From positions 1 through 64,000 of IMG/VR virus record IMGVR_UViG_3300013121_000023: a stretch of DNA of 64,000 bases. One strand, given 5' to 3'. This document shows, piece by piece, positions 21,850 to 33,680 of this stretch (positions are counted from its first letter, which is position 1; each line of letters starts with the position of its first letter). The position numbers and the translations under genes are program-made. A model generated the notes under the pieces. The model saw only the letters and a list, made by a program, of their open reading frames with translations. It was not told the DNA's origin and ran no database searches. This DNA comes from a virus. Lineage: Duplodnaviria > Caudoviricetes.

Positions 21850-24800
21850 ATGGCAGACGCTCAGATTGCGCGCCCAGGTGTAGAGGTAGTGCAGGTTTTC
21901 GAGGCCGCTTCACCAACGGTCATCGTTCCTACACTACCGGCCTGCATAGTTGGTGTAGCGCGCCAGGTTGTTGATGTAACCAAGCAGTCGGACAGTGGCT
22001 CTACGGAGCTAAATCCAGATGCTTTGGTTTCTATGGTCGCTGAGGCTGTAACAACGTCTAACAGCCCATATCCGTTTGGTGGCAGAACAATGGTTCTGTC
22101 AATCAATAACGGTTCAGATGTTTCTATCACCTTCAGCGGTTCTGGTGGTAGCAACATGACTGCCGCCAAGATTGCCGAGGAAATAAATGCGGCGCTAGCA
22201 GACCTAGAAATAGGTGATGCTGTAGCAGCCTCGTTTGATTACGGCACGTCTAATACGCGCCTGAGAATAAGGACCACGAACACAGGCGACTATGCGTCGT
22301 TGATGTTCAAGACTGGTACGCACTCGTCGATCACCACTGCTTTTGGTGTTCCGATTGATTACGAGTACACAGGGTTCTCGAACTATTCTCAGTACAAGAG
22401 AACTGTCCCTCAGAGTGACTTCCCAGATCCTAGGGGCAATCTGGACCAGCTAGTTATGGAAGCAGACAAGATAAGGGTCTTCCTTTATCTTGGTTCTGGG
22501 GCGACGTTGACAGAGCTAAAGAGAAATGAAGCTCTGTTGATGCGCGGCACGTATGCCAATGTTGTCGGCACCGTAGACATGACTACTGTCGGTCTATACG
22601 GTGGTGGCGGTACGCTGGATACGAAGGTCATCACGTTGAGCGTGAATGGCAGCGCTTCAGTATCCATCACTTTCTCGGCACCTGCGAACTCCGCTGCTGT
22701 ACTGGCTGCCTTTAACTCGCAGCAGGTTCTAGCAGACGCCGGCTTGGTAGCTTCGCTAGAGGCCACCACCAACTACCTAGTATTGTCGGCTACCAAGGCT
22801 TTTGGTGCTGATGCTACTATCAACATTACTGCCGGTAACGCAGTAACAGTGCTTGGTCTGACAGTAGCCAACAACACTGGCGATAATGCTGTGGTGGCTA
22901 GCGATGATAATAGCGGTGATAACCTAACACCCTATCTACAGTTCCTAGGCCACGACTTCACAGCGGCTGCTGGTTCTGCGATTGTTCGCGGAACAGTAGA
23001 CATGACGGGTCTCACCTTTGGTGATGTGGACGGCACTACACTTACGCTGAGCGTGAATGGTGCTCCCCCACAAACGTTGACCTTCCCGGTTGTTGCTAAC
23101 GCTGCGGCGATCAATACTGCCATCAACAACTTCTTTACCGGTGTTACTGCCTCGCTAGATGGCAACAACTACCTGCTTCTAACTTCGTCTGATTCTGGTA
23201 TTGAGAGCCAGATAGAAGTGCTGAGCGGTACTGCTGTCACCATGTTCGGTCTAACAGCAGGTACCGTCGCTTACGGAGACCCTTATCTACCTGCTTCTGG
23301 TGATGAGGTTTACGTAGGTGGTTCTTTGGTAGGCACTGTTACCCAGGTAGCTCCTGGCGGTAACGTAAACATCCTGAGAATCAACAAGCAGGTAGCTCTT
23401 ACTTACACTGGTAAGAACTTCTACATAAAGGCTAAGAACCTAGTTTCGCCGTTCACCAGCCGTCCTACACCAAACCTTCAGCTAGATGGGGCCAATAACC
23501 CCATTTTGAAGCATGATGTGGTTCAGGATGTATACGGCAATATCGTATCCACACCTGTAAAGGCTCCTGTTTACGTGTCATACAGGGCTGTCAGGCAGGA
23601 TGTGAGCCCACTAGCTAACAATCCTGGGTTGTTGGCGGTGGACAGCACGACACAACTAGGTTCGTTGCTAGACCCGATCACAACCGAGAACCCGCTAGCT
23701 CTTGGTTTGTACATGGCGCTTGTGAATGCCCCTGGCGTAACTGTGTATGGCGTTGGTGTTGATGCCATATCGGCTGATTCGCCTTATGGCACAGTTGAGG
23801 CTTATTCACGCGCTGCTGAACTTCTAGAGACAGAAGATGTTTATGCTCTGTGTCCTCTTACACATGAAGAGGATGTTGGGCTACTGTTCTTGTCTCATGT
23901 TGTTTCGCTGAGCGAACCAGAAAACAAGAGTGAGAGAATCGTTCTGTTTAACCCGGAACGGCCTACTCATAGACTGGATACTCTGGTTGCGTCCAGCGAG
24001 ACTGGTAACAGCACTGGTACAGCAGACGAGTTTGATACTGGTGTTCTAAATCTGGCTGCTCTTCTACAGGCTCTTGATATAGACCCGACCGGCGTTATTC
24101 CGGTGTCTGATGGTTTGTATCTAGACGTAGGTAGCGACGCCAAGAAGTACTCTGTGTCGGCTATAAGCGGCTCAGTTGTTACTCTTCGTACGTCGTTCTT
24201 GGCTGGGGAGAATGACGATAGCTACTATACGACAGACGCTATACCGGTGACGCTAATCAACGAAGCGTTTTCGTTGAAGGTGCGCGGCGCCGAGCTAGTA
24301 GATGTCAATGACCTCCCTGATAAGGCGGCTATGGCTTCTACTTATCAGGAGATGGCGCAGGGCTACAAGAATCGTAGGTTCTGGCACACGATGCCAGACA
24401 AGGGTTCTGCTGTTCTGTCTGGTCTAGAGCAGGAAGTAGAAGGCTTTTACACAAATGCCTGCACAGCCGGCTTGATAAGCGCGCTAGCTCCTTCGCAGTC
24501 GTTCACAAACTATCCTATCTCTGGCGTAACAAAGGTATCCGGTTCGAGAAAGTATTTCTCGGAGAAGCAGCTAAACATCATAGCTGCTGGTGGTAACTGG
24601 ATATACACGCAGGATTCGGATACTGGTCCTGTTTTCAGTCGCATGGCGCTAACTAGCGACATGACCTCGATTGAGACAAGAACAGACTCAATCACGAAGG
24701 TTGTCGACTACACGGCTAAGTTTATCAGGCTCGGTCTGAAGAACTTTATCGGCAGGTACAACATAACTGAGGCTCTAGTAGATTCTATGAGCCAGGTCTT

Positions 24801-24960
24801 GCAGGGCCTTGTCACCTTCTTGATAGACAATGCAATCTTGCTGGGCGCCAGTGTTGAGCAGATCATTCAGGATGAGGATGTTCCTGATACCGTTCTAGTA
24901 ACGGTTCGTTTGGATGTCCCCTACCCCTGCAACTACATCCGTGTAACGTTGCTGATTTTA
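21850..24960 (+). CDS. tail sheath protein (TTA-terminated; 1036 aa)
   Basis: N-terminal RPGVEV, C-terminal PYPCNYIRVTLLI typical of sheath ends; first in-frame TTA at 24958. Confidence 0.85.
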
Positions 24961-24996
24961 CAAAACCCACGGAAGTTACCTAACATAAGAGGAAAC

Positions 24997-25764
24997 ATGG
25001 CAACATCTCCAGGTGGTACGGTTTCTACGTGGGCTCCATATTACCGCTATGTTCAGGGTGGTATGGTTGACGGCAACTATGTAAACGGTGCGTTTACACT
25101 GATTGCTGCTGGCCCTCCCAGAGTGGCTAATATAGGCGGTTCAGCAGCTCTTGGTAGTCGAATATCGAATTCGAATCCATCAGCCGACCAGCTTGTATAC
25201 CCTCTGGGTATCATCCAGAACATCGGTCTTTCGCAAAATAAAAACTTCGCTCGTATCTTTGAAATAGGTAGTGAGCGAAGCTATTTCATCGGTGGCCGTA
25301 CTGTAGGCCAGCTACAGATGGGGCGCGTGCATTATCACGGGCCTTCGTTCTTGAGAGTGTTGTATGCGTATTACGCAGACAGCCTGTCGCCTACTACGTT
25401 TGAGGCTCTGTTCAATACAGATGGTGGGAAGGCTATGTCCAACCCACACAATGTTTACATACCTCCTGGGTATGAAAACATCTTCTTGAACCTAGCCTCT
25501 GACTTGTTTGGCCAGCCGATTGGTCTTCTGATTTACATCAGAGACATAAGCTTGCAAACACTCGGGGCTATATACGCTGAAGCGTGTGTTGTACCGCAGC
25601 ATAACTGGGGCACAGATAGCCAGGGCGTTCTCATTCAAGAGCAGGTAGGCATTCAGTATGAACGCCTAGTACCTGTCAAGATGAGCGCAGTTTCGCTCAT
25701 AAAGGGCGGTAATGCTGGCGGTGCATCTGTAAGCGGTACGGTCTTCCCAGGCCTCATAGAGTTA
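24997..25764 (+). CDS. tail tube protein (TTA-terminated)
   Basis: AAGAGGA RBS before ATG 24997; IFEIGSERSYF tube-type motif; follows sheath. Confidence 0.7.
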
Positions 25765-25768
25765 GCCT

Positions 25769-26155
25769 ATGGCCGTAACAACACCTACCCAAGTTGAGTG
25801 TTTGCTGAAGCTACCTGGAGATACGGGTCTTGCTCTAGACTCTATCCCTTTCAGCTTCAGCAGCACTTACACTCAGAAATCTGAGTTCGATTCGCAGCTC
25901 ACTGGTTCCGGTACATTCGCAGTTCCTTTTGGTACTGTTGTTTCTCCCGGTGCAAAGGTGGTTGCTATCAAGGTAGATGCTGGTGCTACAGCGCCAGTAA
26001 ATGCCAGATTCAACGGTGGTGGTGCTTCTGGTCAAGTTGAGATAGCCGCTGGTGGTTTTATCATCTTGACCGCACCGTCTCCTACTGCTGGAATCACCTC
26101 TATAGACATCGTTTACACAGCCGATGTAAGACTCAGGGGTTGGATTCTTGGCTAA
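25769..26155 (+). CDS. structural protein, beta-rich
   Basis: Starts 4 nt after the tube TTA. Confidence 0.6.
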   Translation: MAVTTPTQVECLLKLPGDTGLALDSIPFSFSSTYTQKSEFDSQLTGSGTFAVPFGTVVSPGAKVVAIKVDAGATAPVNARFNGGGASGQVEIAAGGFIILTAPSPTAGITSIDIVYTADVRLRGWILG

Positions 26156-27224
26156 CAAACACGCACCTCCAGTAGTCATGGTCAAAAGCGCTGAAAACGC
26201 TGCGGCTAAACTGATTTACGGGATCTTGATGGCCAGAGCTGCGCAAGATGAAGCTCGTGCAGCTGCGGCTAGAAAGGTTCAAGCAGAAGCTCTGAATCAT
26301 TATTTGCGAGAGCTAGAAGCAGAACGTATTTCACCGGCTGCTAGAGGTGCGTATCACACCAGACCACCTGCCATTGTTTTGCCTGGTACTGCAATGGCAG
26401 GTGTTCCTGCTGGTTGGGATGGTGGTGCGGTTAGGATGGATGGCGGCGCGCTGACCGGTGATGAAGAGGTATTTAAGGGAGCCTCTCAGGTGGGCAGCAT
26501 ATTGGCTAAATTGGCCGCCGCTCCACCAGCGATAGTATCTGCGCCTGCGGTGAGCGTGGCTAGGCCCGTTTCTGTACATCCTGCGACTACACAGGCACCG
26601 CAGGTACAGGGTAGACCAGCTGCACCACAAAGACAGGTGACGCAGCACGAAATAACTCAGCGTAGCCCTGCGTCTGTTTCTCCGCAGCCGTCTCAAATAG
26701 GTCTCGACTATCCAGCTTCAAGACCAGCTGCACCTACTATGTCTTCTCCCGGTGTTCAGCCACCGCCGCCTAAGAGCGCACCAGCTGCACCGCAGCCGTC
26801 TAATAATACGCCGGTTGTACCTCAACAAGATTTGAGAGCAGCAGCAATGCGTGGTGCGAACGCAGCTGAGGCAAATAACGTGGCTCACGTAAATCATGTG
26901 AGTGCGCCTTTGCTAAACGACCCGCATTTTCAACATAACGAAAACGTGGTTGTAGAGAATCAAGGCCCTGTTAGTAGACTTATGGGGCCACCTGAAGCGA
27001 CCGCCGCTGACAACAAGCCAGCGCCTCCTACATCCGGTAACTTCTGGGATCGAGTACAGGGTCAAAACGACCTCGGTAAGCAACTTTTGAATACCGCTTT
27101 GATAGGTGGCGGTATGTATTTGGGAGCCAAAACACTTCAAAAAGGTTTGGATGTTTTGGGCGGTGAGTCGAAGGAACCGGTCTACGGACCATATCAAATG
27201 ACCCCTAGTCCGTATGGATATTTA
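26148..27224 (+). CDS. Pro/Ala-rich virion protein (TTA-terminated; standard ORF to 27245)
   Basis: K-x-A motifs; C-terminal Gly-rich hydrophobic helix. Confidence 0.55.
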
Positions 27225-27257
27225 CATACGGCTGCTAAAATCTAAGAAGAGGTAATC

Positions 27258-27956
27258 ATGTCCACAGGTTCAAAAATCTTTGTTCGTCAGCAGCCGTTCA
27301 GAGGTAGAGCGGTACGCCCCAGCATGGACGTTGCTGGTGAAGTACAAGATCTCCGAAACGACATAAAGGACGAGTTCAAGCACTCTCCTCTTATGATCGT
27401 AGAAGAGTTCACAAACCTCCCAGCTAGCGATGACGACGCTATTAAGGCTTCTGTGGCTTCTGTAGCTACAGCCACAACCTATAGCGGAGCTGCACTAGAC
27501 GGCGTTATTGGTGGAGGCACCATTAGCCCTCCTAGAAACATACTCATTACCACAGCTGGTGTTACGCCTGCTGATGCTCCTGCCACAGCGGTCATCACAG
27601 GTCTTGATGTGAATGGTGACGTTCTTACCGAGAGCATCGCTGTTGCACAGACCGCTACCACTGCTGCCGGTACCAAGTGCTTCGCTAAGGTGACCAGCAT
27701 CGCTCTTACTGCGGGCGACGGTACGGCCGCTACGTTGAAGTTTGGTACAGGTGCCGTGGTCGGCTTGGCTAGAAAGGTAAAGAGCCGCACAGGGGCTGCT
27801 GCTGTCATTACAGAGTGGATGGACGGCGCTGCTGTCGGTACCGCTGGTGTTTTTGGTCTACCAGCTACAAACCTGCCAAATGGCGGCTACACCCCCAACA
27901 CCGCTCCAAACGGCACCCATGATTACTGCCTCTACTACGAGGAAGATCTAGGGTTA
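27258..27956 (+). CDS. structural/decoration-like protein (TTA-terminated; standard ORF to 27971)
   Basis: GAGGT RBS; Thr/Ala/Gly-rich beta protein. Confidence 0.6.
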
Positions 27957-27968
27957 AATACAACACAG

Positions 27969-28006
27969 TAGCTAAATGAAAAGGGCCACCGTTTTGGTGG
28001 CCCTTC
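27969..28006 (-). terminator. terminator between convergent operons, TTTAGCTA tail on minus strand
   Basis: AAGGGCCACC-gtttt-GGTGGCCCTT; lies inside the standard-code ORF 27972-28637. Confidence 0.75.
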
Positions 28007-28013
28007 TCTTTTT

Positions 28014-28637
28014 TAAGTTGCCGTCACCAGCAATCATTGCCTCGCCATCTTTTATTGGTGGTTTACTCATACTGAAAGCTTTGAGCATCCTGCTCTCGGC
28101 TTTCGCTTCTTTCTGGCACTTGCCAGTCGTATAAGCACTGAGTTTGTATCTCAGCGGCAAACTTGCACATGCCGCCATTGAACGGCGCATTATGTGCAAA
28201 CCAGCTGTAAAGCATTTGTATCTGTCTGATACAAGATCTTTACCAGTCCAGGTACTCACGATGGGGTCACTGTCTGGTACGGTGCCGGTGCCGATGTTTA
28301 TCTGCATCATGCACCACGACCTGCCTCCATCACCACGACCTAGACGGCCTATACCGAAGTCTACGTCTCTTCTGTAGCCGCTTTCAAATAGCGCTACAGA
28401 AGCTAGTAGACTAGCTGTCCTGCCTCTACCGTACTCACCGGAGAATACGGGTTTTTCTTTCTCGTTATAGGCAACATCTACGATAGCTGATGCTATCGCC
28501 ATGTACCTGCTCTCTGCTTCTTCAAGTGTTTCTTTAGCTTCTGGTACATGACTACGGGTAACCCTGCTAACAGGGTTCCATGTATTCATGTACGTAAACA
28601 GCCAAAGAACCAACTTTGCCTTTACGGCTGCGTTCAT
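28014..28637 (-). CDS. lysozyme/lytic-transglycosylase-like protein, candidate endolysin (TTA-terminated)
   Basis: ALFESG catalytic-Glu-like motif, SWCMMQI, LSAYTTG; GAGGAG RBS. Confidence 0.55.
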
Positions 28638-28736
28638 GGTGACTCCTCGTTTATGTTCTTAAGTTAAGAAACCCATTGTGTTGTCTTTTTCGCGTTTATC
28701 AAATAGATAAAAGCGAAGCAACACAAAAAATCGTAT

Positions 28737-29195
28737 CTACTTACGAAGTTTTTTGTTTTTCACCATTTTTGCCCAGCTGTTTTTACTTTGTGTTTCTACC
28801 CATTCTATATGAGCGTCATATTCTGTACACACACCATCTACAAACTTTATCATCCACATTTCACTGTCTTCACCTACAAGTGTTAGATAAGAATCTGTTT
28901 CTACGTACGGTGCCAAAAAATGCATAGTATTGATAAATGAACAAACACTTTTCCTTGAGTAGTCAGTGAATGCTGTACACTGTAGGCACTCATTTTCTTC
29001 ATCTACTTGAAAGCCAATTTCTTCTAGCACTTCTTTAAGTGACTCTACATCGCTATTTTCTGCGAAGTCAAAGTCTAGTTTTCGTTTGTTGTGCCATTTA
29101 GCGCATTCTCTAATCTTTCCTATTATTTGTATTTCTTCTGCACCGCCTTTAGGTATACGTATATAACCATCTTTTATATGGAATCCGTAACCCAT
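28737..29195 (-). CDS. hypothetical protein
   Basis: 152-aa ORF, TAATG coupling. Confidence 0.65.
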   Translation of the reverse strand: MGYGFHIKDGYIRIPKGGAEEIQIIGKIRECAKWHNKRKLDFDFAENSDVESLKEVLEEIGFQVDEENECLQCTAFTDYSRKSVCSFINTMHFLAPYVETDSYLTLVGEDSEMWMIKFVDGVCTEYDAHIEWVETQSKNSWAKMVKNKKLRK

Positions 29196-29350
29196 TATTT
29201 TACCTCTTCAATATATCCACAATCTACGCATACTTTGACTTGAGTCATTTTAGTAGGTCTACCGCTTTCTGGAGACGATATAGTTACGTTGTTGTGCCCT
29301 TTCATGGAACACACGAATCTAGCTAGCACTATCTTCAGAAATCTAATCAT
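29195..29350 (-). CDS. small Zn-ribbon-like protein (51 aa, below ORF-track cutoff)
   Basis: MIRFLKIVLARFVCSMKGH...VCVDCG; resembles 51304 and 51564 genes. Confidence 0.5.
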   Translation of the reverse strand: MIRFLKIVLARFVCSMKGHNNVTISSPESGRPTKMTQVKVCVDCGYIEEVK

Positions 29351-29366
29351 GTTGGTTCCCGGTATC

Positions 29367-29660
29367 TTATACCCACCAAAACGGCTTAATTTCTGTTGTG
29401 GGTATAGGATCTACTGACTTTTGTTTTTGTACCGTTGTCGGTACCTGTTTAATGGGCTTCTTGTTGGTAACTACCCTAGGTGCCTCCATATACGTGTACA
29501 CAGCGGAGGTAAGCAGTTGCTTCTTGGTGCTATCGAGTTCCTCAAAAGGCTTTCTGTTCCTAGGATTGACCATACTGAGCACCAGCTCTTTGGTGGGCTC
29601 ATCGTACTTGGAACCGTTAGCTATAACATCTTGTATAAGCAGATCGTATTTACCGCCCAT
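29367..29660 (-). CDS. hypothetical protein
   Basis: Start trimmed to MGGKY to avoid overlap. Confidence 0.5.
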   Translation of the reverse strand: MGGKYDLLIQDVIANGSKYDEPTKELVLSMVNPRNRKPFEELDSTKKQLLTSAVYTYMEAPRVVTNKKPIKQVPTTVQKQKSVDPIPTTEIKPFWWV

Positions 29661-29682
29661 GTAAGCATCGAATACCGATGAC

Positions 29683-29988
29683 TTACTGTTTATTGTTTTT
29701 ATTTCTGGAGACTTTTCTAGTTCTTTCTCCAGGCTCAGGTACGGCAGCGATGGCACTTTCAGATACGCCAACTCTACGGGCGAGATCTTTGGCAGCTGAT
29801 ACCCTACGCTTTTCTTCGGCATGTTTTAGCTGCTCCGCATTCTGAACTAGAAAATCAGTAACAATAGCACCCAGGAGCGATTTCAGAGTCGCCCTGGGTA
29901 TTCGTTTGTTCATGACGGCTCGGTACACATTTAGTAGCTCCCAAGCCTCTTCATGCATTTCTATGTCTAGGTGTTTAGACACTTTCAT
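29683..29988 (-). CDS. putative small DNA-binding protein
   Basis: Ribbon-helix-helix-like N-terminus, basic tail. Confidence 0.45.
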   Translation of the reverse strand: MKVSKHLDIEMHEEAWELLNVYRAVMNKRIPRATLKSLLGAIVTDFLVQNAEQLKHAEEKRRVSAAKDLARRVGVSESAIAAVPEPGERTRKVSRNKNNKQ

Positions 29989-30025
29989 GCGTTGAATATA
30001 CACGCATGAAATAGCATCTCAACCA

Positions 30026-30667
30026 TAAAGAGCCGGCTACGTACAAAGATGCCTGGGCCGTAAACGGGTAGTCTAGGAGAGACCTAGTACCGATTATTTT
30101 TCTACCACCCAGTATGTCGCCAGACACTATTCTTCTTACTATACGAGCACACTCTTTACCGTCGTCGTTCTTCTGCCCAGAATCGGCAGTGACCCAGTAG
30201 TACTTACCGTTTTCGTATTCTTGCCTTATGAACAGACATACGTGCTCTGTGTTTGTATTGTGGTCTTTGCCCCACAAACCATCAGATATGAAAACGGTAT
30301 CATACCTTTCTGGCAGCACTCCTACAGCGTACAGCTTGAATGGTGCCTTACCACCATTGAATACGAAGGACATGTTTTGGCCGGTCTTGTACGACAAACC
30401 GTACTTCTCGTCCGTTCTGTTGACGTACTCTTTCTTCCTACAACCCAGTCTCCAGTGTAGCCATGACGGTAGAAAACCACAGGTAGTCCCCTTGCCACCG
30501 TAGTCTATCGTTATCTCGGCAAACCTGGCATCGCCAGTATTTGATGGTACGTAGGCAGATATAAGTCTGTGCGCGAACTCACGAACCTTATCTGGGTTAG
30601 TATTGCCCAAAACGATCCCCTCATCTGGAACCGTAGGGAACTCCTCTGACCAAGTTTCCTCAGACAT
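30026..30667 (-). CDS. putative NlpC/P60/CHAP-like amidase (TTA-terminated; standard ORF to 29975)
   Basis: TTCGFL Cys motif and TEHVCLF His motif. Confidence 0.5.
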
Positions 30668-31466
30668 GATTGTTCCTATCTATGTTTGGGTCTGTTCTGG
30701 TAGCCACCCAGAAATCGTTACTGTATCTAGACTTGATGTAGCTTTCGTGCATCCAGCAATAACCAGAATCGCCCCAATTTCTACCCCAAGAGTTTCTTAC
30801 CAGGAACGACCTTTCATGGCCGTCTTTCACGCCCACAATAGCCATGGCGTGCTGACCTACTATCTCGCTCTCTACAGGAGACATCCATAGTAGGTCTTTT
30901 GTGCCGCCATACTCAGTAAAAGACTTGCTGACCGCGGTACCAAAAACTACCGGATGATTTGCTTTTATGGCTGTAGCTATGTCATCTATCAACGAATCGT
31001 CTTCGTCTATACGGTAGAACCCGTTTATGGTGTTGCCGTCTGCATTTGTATAGCAAATAAGCTCGGGCCTCTTATTGACCTTGGCTACATCGTAAACCCA
31101 GTCTGTTTCAGCACACACACCATGGTCTCTAATAGACAGAAAGGCGTAGTGTATGTATGTACCTTCGTCTAGCTCCGTACCAGCGTGATAGGCCCTGGCG
31201 TTGTAGTACGTAAACAACCTGGATAGCTGAACTACTACATCGTTCTGTATGCCCAACAACAGCTCGAAGCTGTCGCAAGTAGCATTGGCTACACACGAAC
31301 TAAGCGGTCCTTGGTCTGATATAGGAGTCGCTTCAGGAAGTATGTGTACTGAGTTAGAAGTAACGGCAGCTAGGTTGGCTCTGATAGCAGAGAACTTCCT
31401 TCTACCTGTTATCCTTGGATGCTTTTCATCACCCGGTGTCGGGTCTTTTTTCCATCCGAACTTCAT
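30660..31466 (-). CDS. papain-family (C1) cysteine peptidase
   Basis: DQGPLSSCVA, GQHAM, RNSWG..WGDSGY motifs. Confidence 0.9.
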   Translation of the reverse strand: MKFGWKKDPTPGDEKHPRITGRRKFSAIRANLAAVTSNSVHILPEATPISDQGPLSSCVANATCDSFELLLGIQNDVVVQLSRLFTYYNARAYHAGTELDEGTYIHYAFLSIRDHGVCAETDWVYDVAKVNKRPELICYTNADGNTINGFYRIDEDDSLIDDIATAIKANHPVVFGTAVSKSFTEYGGTKDLLWMSPVESEIVGQHAMAIVGVKDGHERSFLVRNSWGRNWGDSGYCWMHESYIKSRYSNDFWVATRTDPNIDRNNHV

Positions 31467-31798
31467 TTGTTGCACTCCTTTTCTATATCTTCGCAGCTGA
31501 CCCTACTAAGGCATTCTGGATTTATATTGACACCGGCTTTTAGCTTACGAACACAAAAATCCTTGAAACTACCGCCGCCTTTTGGGTGAGCTTCCTTACA
31601 ATTCTTGGCCGTCAGGTTGGCCTCTGCTTTAGCGCAAGCGTCTTCTGGGTTATCTGGCATAGGTACAGTAGGAGCAGGTTTAGGCGACGGCTCCAGTACC
31701 GATGAACAGCTAGAAGCTGCATGCGTAAACAGCTGCGTTACAAAGCCTATTACAGCTGTAGCAGCGACAACCTTCAGGTTACCAGTATGCTCGCTCAT
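31463..31798 (-). CDS. Cys-rich exported protein/lipoprotein
   Basis: Hydrophobic N-terminus, ASSC, Pro linker, six further Cys. Confidence 0.55.
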   Translation of the reverse strand: MSEHTGNLKVVAATAVIGFVTQLFTHAASSCSSVLEPSPKPAPTVPMPDNPEDACAKAEANLTAKNCKEAHPKGGGSFKDFCVRKLKAGVNINPECLSRVSCEDIEKECNK

Positions 31799-32214
31799 TT
31801 CCACCACTCCTTAAGGGCGTTCACAGCAGCGGTACCTACCGCTGCTCCGATAGCCACAAAAGCAGACTTTGAGTTGTTTGCCCTCTTGAACTCTTTTTTG
31901 TGCTTCTCGAAGTCTTCCTTGTGTTCACTGATGGTCTCACCGTGTTCCTTGGATTTGGCCTCAGCACGCTCAGCCATTTCCACTGCCCTCTCAACTAGCT
32001 TACTAATAACTGTGAGTATCTCCGATACATTCTTTAGAGACTCGTTTACACCGTGTATTTCCCCTCCCATTCTGTCTAGTCTCACCTGCGTATCCACGAA
32101 ATGTTCATTTTGTCGGGCATGAACATACTTCATACGCTTTTCCAAAACGGAAAGGCGAGTCTCTACATCAAGCCCATCTACTGACTCGGGGTATACATCC
32201 GGTTCATCGGTCAT
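31795..32214 (-). CDS. coiled-coil protein with C-terminal TM helix (holin/XhlA-like)
   Basis: GGAGG RBS; architecture and lysis-like context. Confidence 0.5.
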   Translation of the reverse strand: MTDEPDVYPESVDGLDVETRLSVLEKRMKYVHARQNEHFVDTQVRLDRMGGEIHGVNESLKNVSEILTVISKLVERAVEMAERAEAKSKEHGETISEHKEDFEKHKKEFKRANNSKSAFVAIGAAVGTAAVNALKEWWK

Positions 32215-32301
32215 AAAAATCCTCCAGGCTTCATTTTACCTGGGTATAGATCTTTACGGGAGCTAAAGAAGAGGTAGCGTTTCCGCTTCCTCTTCTAACG
32301 T

Positions 32302-33495
32302 TAACGCAGCCAAGTCCTCATCCACCAAGTCTGCGCCGCGCATGATAGCGCCAGCGTAATCTTGGTAGGTGAGTCTCTTGTCCAAATCCGGGGCTGACTT
32401 AGCTAGAAAAGACAAAATGTTCGACAGAGCATACCTATTGTTGCCCGAAGGTACGCTCTCCATGTCTCGCATCGGTGAATCCCAAATGTCTTTTACTCTG
32501 GCTACCTCCCCCTTGCTCATCTTGGCGCTGAGCTTCTTGCTCACTGCATTCCATGTGAGCTTTTCTTCCGCCGCTTCTCTTATTGTGCTGAGCGTTTTCT
32601 CTATGCTGGCTTCCCCCAACACATCTCGAACTACGTCACCAGCTGTGAGCAGTATCGTTTTTGTGTCTGATTGATACGTCTCTGGTGAGAGCCTGATGCC
32701 TGATGGCAGCCTCTTACCAAGATGTACTTCCTTCATGGCTGTTTCACCAATAGCCAAGTTCGTACACCAGCACCTGATGAAGAAACCCCTTATCGAGAAG
32801 GCTCCAACGCCGTAATCAGAGTGTCGCATCTCCAGCCCAAACAGCATGGGCTCCCCAGGTATTGGTGTGAAGATCTTAGGCACAATGACCCTCGCAGAAA
32901 ATCGGAGGTCCGAGAACAGAGCTTCTGAAGCCACTGCTCCGATCTTCCCTATCTCGGAGACAATGCCGGCCAGTAGCTCATCGCTATTGAACGGCTTGTA
33001 GTGGTTGGACAGGAACGCCTTTATCTCAGGATGCCCGGCGCCTGCTGACATGCGAACCAACCAGTCTTTATTCAATCCGGGGTTTTTATCGAAGTATTTA
33101 TTGAGCGTGTGACTAAGCAACTCTTTTTTCGCTGTAGTCCACTCGTCTTCCTTGTCACCCTGAAGAAGACTGTTGATGTATACCTTTGGGATTCCCGCGA
33201 CAGATGCTATCTGTTGGATAGCGTTTCTGTGCATAGGATACTCATTTGTTGAGTTTCTCTTGCTGGCCAGTATAGACTGTCCACTCACCCCAAACTGAAG
33301 TTCTGACCCCTTAACAACATGATCTCTTGGTACGTCTTTCTTAAGTTGCTCCACAAGTGAAGCAAATTGCGCTTTCCCAGTGTCGATCTGCATCTGCATC
33401 TTTGCGATGGCGTAATCCTCTGCTTTTTTGTTAGCCTGCGCATAATCTTCTGTTCCATGATGAAAACGGTTTCCAACAACGTCGTTGTTCAACAT
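32302..33495 (-). CDS. DUF932/DUF945-like phage protein (TTA-terminated; standard ORF to 32263)
   Basis: AFLSNHYK, HSDYGVGA, RCWCTNL motifs; terminator GAAGAGG..CCTCTTC-TTTAG lies after the TTA. Confidence 0.7.
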
Positions 33496-33634
33496 TTGAT
33501 CTTAGTCCTTTTTTAGCGAAGACTTCTTCGCACGGCTCTCATGCCAGTGCTGGGTGGTTTTTTGTCTTTAGAAAACTTTTGTATAAACGTGTCATGAGAG
33601 GCCCGAAGTATTTTTCAATTCTCAAAAAATAATC

Positions 33635-33662
33635 TTGACACAACCAACACGGGCTTTATAAA
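33635..33662 (+). promoter_or_regulatory. sigma70-type promoter
   Basis: TTGACA-16 nt-TATAAA in a divergent intergenic gap. Confidence 0.6.
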
Positions 33663-33680
33663 GTCCAAGGAAGATGAGAC

